A stretch of DNA of 64,000 nucleotides from contig CAVNZM010000012.1 of NCBI GenBank assembly GCA_963693365.1, forward strand, positions 3,893,909 through 3,957,908, written 5' to 3'. Below, one piece after another: positions 58,147 to 64,000 of the stretch. Below the pieces are notes generated by a model that worked only from the letters and a program-made list of their open reading frames with translations, was not told the DNA's origin and made no database searches. The position numbers and the translations under genes were made by a program. Source of the DNA: Amoebidium appalachense (Eukaryota; Protista; Ichthyosporea). How positions within the stretch are numbered: the stretch's first letter is position 1; the number at the start of each line of letters is the position of its first letter.

Positions 58147-58947
58147 AGTACATGTACATGCACATAACCAAGCTTGTCAGGTATTTAGGCCATCATCCAC
58201 ACGTACACTCAAGATTTTGATCGAATCGTCAAGCAAATCATAGTAGTTTATGAAGCAACTACTGGGCCATAAAAGCGTAGGGAATGTGAGCTCCTTATAT
58301 GGTAACCCTTTAATTTCAGGCGATTTTATCAGAGGTGTATCATTGGATCTTGCATGTTAGATGCTCACCCTGGTGTACGTCTAAAATCGATCAATAGTCT
58401 ATTCATGCCCCGTGGGTCACCGGGGTGTACATGTATACAGCTGTCTCAGGCGGCTACATTCACGAATGTCAAATCGTCTTCAATTAGATTTAATAATAAT
58501 ATATCAAGCAAGATTTAGTACTAAAATTTGCGACATATAGTATACGTTACTCATGTGCCGATTTGGTCACTGTACCGCCGTATTTATCTATGCCGAAATG
58601 TGCTCTCTGTACGTATTGACCAACCATGAAGACGTCCACGGCAGTAAACTAGATGCATAGTGTAATGACATACTATTGAGTTTGGCGATGGCATAAAATA
58701 CTAACTGTGTAATGATTCACTTAAAACATGTGTGGCGGCGGCCATGGAGGGGGGGGGGGGGGGGGGGGGGGGAGAGTGGGGGGATGAGAGCGGAGGGAGG
58801 GGGGGGGGGGGGGGGGGGATGGGTGAGGGGGGAGGGTTTGGAGCCTACCCGTAGAGAGTCCCTTCTGAGGATTGTGGGTGTGGGGCAGGGCAGGGCAGGA
58901 TGGGAATGTTCACGGGGGACTCGGGGTGGATCGAATATAGGCACCTC

Positions 58948-59018
<71 letters not shown>

Positions 59019-59242
59019 TTCCCCCCTCCCTCGAGGATGCCTCTCCCCCCTTTGCCCCCCTCCTCACGGCCGCCGACACCAGACTGCCCTACGCCCCGTC
59101 CCGCCCCGCCCCCAGCTCCCGTGTTTTTTTTTGTGTGTGTGTGTGTGCGTTGTGTGTGTGCGTGCATGTGTATGTGTGTGTGCGCGTATGTGTTTGTGTG
59201 TATGTATGTGCGCCCAGTGTGTGTGTGTGTATAGTGTGTGGT

Positions 59243-59294
<52 letters not shown>

Positions 59295-59444
59295 TGTGTG
59301 TGTGTGTGTCTGTGTGTGTACTCGCGCACGTGTGCTCCTGCTTAATGTGAATTAGGTTGCCAACAAGAAGACATGGGAGAAGGAGAGGAGGCCCCCGCGG
59401 GGGGAAGGGGGGGGGGGGGGGGAGTGGGGAAGGGTGCTTGAAGG

Positions 59445-59490
<46 letters not shown>

Positions 59491-59605
59491 ATGTCACTGT
59501 GCATACATGTGTGCCGTAATGGAAATAGCCGAGATTAATCACAGGCGCATGGTGAATGGGGAGGGGCCCGGGAGGGGTGAGGGGGGAAGGGGGGAAAGAG
59601 AGGGG

Positions 59606-59637
<32 letters not shown>

Positions 59638-59822
59638 AGAGAGAGGGAGAGGGAGAGAAAAGGAGGGAGAGAGGGAGGGAGGTAGAGAGAAGGAGAGAGA
59701 GGGGGGAGGGAGGTAGAGAGAGGTAAAGAGATGGGGAGGGGGGAGGGAGGGAGAGAGAGAGAGAGAGCCTCGGGAGAGAGAGCCTCTGAGACCCAGCAGT
59801 GGGAGGAGGAGGGGAGGTGGGT

Positions 59823-59859
<37 letters not shown>

Positions 59860-61342
59860 GGTTGTACCCGGGAATCGTGCACACTGTTTTCTAAGGCCGC
59901 CTCAGGCCTTAATTACCATCTGAGCAAAATATCATTGCCTATCCGCGATCAGCGCAAGTCAGCACAAAATTTATATTGGCACGAGGGCACGGTGGTATGC
60001 CTTCTATACCACACGGGGGGAGGGGGGGGGGGGGGGGGGAGGAGGGGGCGGCGGGGGGGGGGGGGGGGGGGAGAAGGGAAGAAGGGAGGGAGGGAGGGGA
60101 GGGATGGGCAGATGGGGGGGGATGGGTGGGGTCTATCAGCAGAAGGACTGCCAGTAATCGTGCTGCAATCTGGAGTTTGGCAAAAGTGGTTTTACTTCAG
60201 TTTTGCTGGAGGCAACTTTCAAAATTTTAAATTGTGGACAGACGGGCACTGTGTATACATATCTAATTTAGTTTATAAGTACACCCCATCATTACCATCC
60301 TCTACCGTTGGGTTGTAAAGATGATGTCACAGTCCAATGTTATTAATTATTCGAACAGATTATTTTCAACGGTTAAATGACGTTGTCATCTGGCATCACA
60401 TTCTAATACCATATATGTTCTTGGGTTTCGAATACATGAGACGTAAATAGAAAAAACCAACAGAAGTCTATAGGGCCAGACGCCGGGCACTTTCGGGGCA
60501 CCACATTTAAATCGATATTTTGATTAATTAGATTAGTAAGTGGGAAGAGACAGTAAGCACATGCTTTTGCATTAGAGAGATGACCATTAATGATATATTA
60601 AAGTTACAACAAAGCAGTTAAAAGAATGAATCAGCATACGTTTGGACCACTTACACAGGGCTGCAAACCTAACCAAAAAATAAAAATAAATAAATAAAAA
60701 CAATCAATAAAATAAAAATAAAAATTCATAAAATGGGGGGGGGGAGGGGAGGGGGGGAGCGGGTCAACCACCTTGGCATCATTCTAAATACACAAGCATA
60801 GGCATTATAGTAAACTACACACACACAACTGCCATACATTAACCACACATCATGTCCTCGAGCCCCCACCCACGTCTACTTTGCACTACGGACATCATTC
60901 TTGCTCAATTACATATCATACCGGAATTAAGGGGGTTTCTTTTCGGCCGATTTCTTTGCCAACTTCGGGTCAGGCTCAATCATTGCGTGATGCCCATTCC
61001 ACCAATCATGTTGCATACACTACCGATCGGATCTGACCCAACCCGCATTACTTAAGGAAACCCCCTTTGAATTATTTTAGTGTTGCCCAAATATCCCAGA
61101 CCCCACCAAGGGTTATATTCGTGCTACAGCCACGCTGGCATCCCCTCCCGATATGATGTTAGGTGCCTCCGTTTCGAAAATAGGCATTCCGACGAGTTGA
61201 CCTGTACCAGAACACGTAGACTTCCTCCTCATCCCCCCCTGTGCATTCGGGTCCGGAAAACCACCAGTTTTCTTTCCGATGGAGCCGTTGAAACTCGAAG
61301 AATCCTCCACGCACATGTGTTAGATGGGACCACGAGACACAA

Positions 61343-62485
61343 TTACGTGTTGACTTGAGACAGAGTGGTCAGGCTTCCCAATGGCTCGCCCGCTGATGTT
61401 TGCCCACCCTGGCCACTCTGCCCGTTAGTCGAACCGGTGTGGAGGCGTGTAAATGCAGCACGAGATGTATCTTCCCGGGGCTTTGAGAAGTAAATGTTGG
61501 CAAACAAACCAGCCTGAAGAGCGAAAGCACAAAACCCTAAATCCGTGAGCACGAGCGTCTGAACGGAGGGTATGGTGGACGTTGTGGTGCCGCTCGCATA
61601 CCGGTGAACGACGTTGAAAAGACGGAACATAAGTGCAAAAGTACAGATCAGCAACACCGAGAAAATGATGGCCGATTTAATCGTTAGCCGCATTTGAAAA
61701 ACGGCGGTTCTAACGGCACGGTTGCTCTCTTCTTTTTGCCTTTTCACGTCTGCTCCGTGCCCTGCCCCGGGGACCTCCGAATGACCAAACGCCAATAGCC
61801 TCTGTTGTCGTTTCTTGCTCGCAATGATGAGTCGGATGATGAGGATGGTGTGAAATCCATATAGAAGTGTTATCGTTGCAACAGCCAACACGTTGAGCAC
61901 AGTCAGCAAAACAAGGAACAGGTTGTCCGAAATACCCCCGCCGCGCACAGAACAGTCAAAAACACACTCAGAATCCACACTCCTACCGTCACCGCATACG
62001 ACACACCCACCACTGTCCATCGCTTCAGTATAGCTGTTGGCCACATCCAATCTATCGCCTGTGGCATGGTTGCTTTTAGCCTCCCAGACAGTAATCCCTG
62101 CCATTTTACAATCATCAAAGCAAGGCACATGAGTGCGAGCAGTATCGTCGTCGTGCGTAAAAAAATCGAATCCCGGCCGCCCGTATATACCTCGGTAGGC
62201 GAAAGGATCGGCTGCCGTCGCAAGCAACGAAACTGTTGTGAGAAAAGCGCAGAAGACTATGGGCTTTTCGTGTGGGTGATTAATAGGGCGAAAGCCCGAC
62301 CTCCTAACATGGCTGTAGAGTACGAAGATGGAATAGAGAAGAAGGAGGGCGGTGATGGTAACGTAGGCCCAGCATATGATATCGTGTGTGGGGCCTATGT
62401 ACTCGGCCCAGGTCACGTTGCAGGATGGAGTGGTGAAGTAGATAGGGCACGGTAGCGCCGTTACGTTCTGCGCAATCGAAGCCAT
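61343..62485 (-). CDS. Intronless multi-pass (probably 7TM, GPCR/TOM1-THH1-like) membrane protein, ~380 aa, with two compensating frameshifts
   Basis: N-terminal sequons (NVT x2) and hydrophobic helices at both ends of the 380-aa ORF. The middle TM helices (LRTTTILLALMCLALMIVKW; WTVVGVSYAVTVGVWILSVFLTVL) lie in the overlapping frame 61903-62223, switching at A7 (62159-62165) and C5 (61935-61939). Confidence 0.75.
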   Translation of the reverse strand: MASIAQNVTALPCPIYFTTPSCNVTWAEYIGPTHDIICWAYVTITALLLLYSIFVLYSHVRRSGFRPINHPHEKPIVFCAFLTTVSLLATAADPFAYRGIYGRPGFDFFTHDDDTARTHVPCFDDCKMAGITVWEAKSNHATGDRLDVANSYTEAMDSGGCVVCGDGRSVDSECVFDCSVRGGGISDNLFLVLLTVLNVLAVATITLLYGFHTILIIRLIIASKKRQQRLLAFGHSEVPGAGHGADVKRQKEESNRAVRTAVFQMRLTIKSAIIFSVLLICTFALMFRLFNVVHRYASGTTTSTIPSVQTLVLTDLGFCAFALQAGLFANIYFSKPREDTSRAAFTRLHTGSTNGQSGQGGQTSAGEPLGSLTTLSQVNT

Positions 62486-64000
62486 TCTTCTTTGGCGTTC
62501 AAGTAAAACAGCTACTTAAAGGACATGAAAAAGGAAACAAGAGAAGAGGAAAAGGGCGGACTCCATTGTAAGGCGGTACATATCCAATGAAGCGATGCGG
62601 TGATGCGAACAAAGTATACACCGAGCAAAACGAGCAACTAGAGTCTCTGTGCGCTATAGAAATGAATGAGTGAGGCAGAAATTTAAGAGCTGGTTGGCAG
62701 GCCCCTTTCAGGGCACCTCCACGAGAGAGGGCCACTAAAATGTGCCTTTGTGAAGTTGCTTTGAGCTTGATTGGAGTGCCTATTTAGGCCGTGATGATAT
62801 TCAATAAATTTGTATACACGGGCTCATGCCATAACCTCATGGCATCAAGCATCAAGCGGAAGAAGCCCAAGAATTTGTAACCATGAGTTGACAAAGGAGT
62901 ACACGTATACACTGTGTTTGCCTCATGTGCCTTCTATAATGGCGCAGGCCCAAAAAATTATGTTACATATACGCGTACGTGAGAATAGTTCGTACTTGGT
63001 TTCTGTAACAATACAAGGTATAGTATACCGCCGCCAAGTTTTTAAGCATATTTTCAGAATTGCACCAGAATCCGTTGTATCCGTTATCCCGTTAAATACC
63101 AAGAGCCGCATCTATTTTTTTGATTTATCCAGTGTTACCTTTTTTATTATCATAAATTCTTGTCATGTCTCGGTAACAGATCTAGGAGCCGAAGGAGAAT
63201 GGCGATGCGTGTGACCCCCTAGAGCTTACGGTAATTAAGCTATCTCTCATATATCACAGGTTTTTCCATTGAATCAAATCGAATGATCACACGGGGTTTA
63301 CACACTTTTTATTGATCACATCTAATATTATGGTGCCGGACATCGTAGAGTGACCCCTCCGGAAATTTAGATCTTATAGCCAGATCGCGGCTAATAAGTC
63401 CTCGGAATATCGTAGCCGTGGGGCGTAACCGACATTTTTCGACGCGTCTGAATGAGGGCTACCAGCCTACCCTTTCAAAATTTCAAAAATGTCAAAAAAA
63501 TAAAAAGTTTTTCTCATTGTGAAAGTTTGGGGCCCATGAGGGGTGCCTATATCTCGAATACCCACATACATATTTGCGATGTTTTCTAGTGCAATCGACA
63601 GCTCAAGCTGTCAAGAGCTGTCGCGTGGTATGTCTGGAGTGCGGAAAATTTGAAAATTAAAAAAAAAATTTTTTGTTGCGTCATCGGGTATCGAACCATA
63701 GCCCTCAGCTCCGACTAGGCGCCCGCCCCAGCCAAAATACCTTTATTTTGCTGTTATTGCTTTAAAATCTATACTACACAGAAGTAGACATTATTTGTTG
63801 TATTGTGCACATGAAACAGGACCGTAAACTCAAAATGAAAAGTTTTTGCGAACTTGCCACATATGGTTAACATTGATGCCTTGTTACTATTTTTAGCAAC
63901 AGTCACGCGATAATGACGTCATTTTGGGTCTTTGAGGGGGTGAGACGTCATCACTTTTTTATAATGAAGATATTGCGGGAAACTGTGACAGATATCCCCA

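Noticed and set aside
63678-63745. tRNA or SINE on the minus strand (GGTTCGATACC B-box-like)
   Set aside because: The T-stem, acceptor stem and A-box do not form.

Overview
Eukaryotic, very intron-rich genomic DNA from an organism I cannot identify from sequence alone. It is full of poly-C/poly-G tracts and (CA)n/(CT)n/(GCAC)n microsatellites, so most entries in the six-frame ORF track are low-complexity artefacts. Splicing exons by hand (GT-AG, phase-checked) gives four main genes: (1) a minus-strand SIW14/PFA-DSP-family phosphatase (6303-11849); (2) head-to-head with it, a plus-strand spliced gene with a ParB/sulfiredoxin-like GGxHT motif (core 12325-13876); (3) a phospholipase D of about 28 exons and 930 aa (24431-47169) with two HKD motifs, whose N-terminus is a tandem array of 6-7 C-x2-[FY]-x8-19-C-x2-CG-x5-H putative zinc fingers where PLD1/2 carry PX-PH; (4) an intronless multi-TM (probably 7TM) gene (61343-62485) with two compensating homopolymer frameshifts. 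There are also an intronless 134-aa ORF and several weak gene or pseudogene fragments. Mobile DNA comprises a TTAA-flanked MITE, a non-autonomous hAT-like element with an 8-bp TSD, and a structured ~255-bp interspersed repeat family in the PLD introns. Two intron-level patterns recur: sense-strand poly-C just after weak splice donors, and degenerate 'echo' copies of splice junctions next to real exons. No rRNA, convincing tRNA or CRISPR array was seen.
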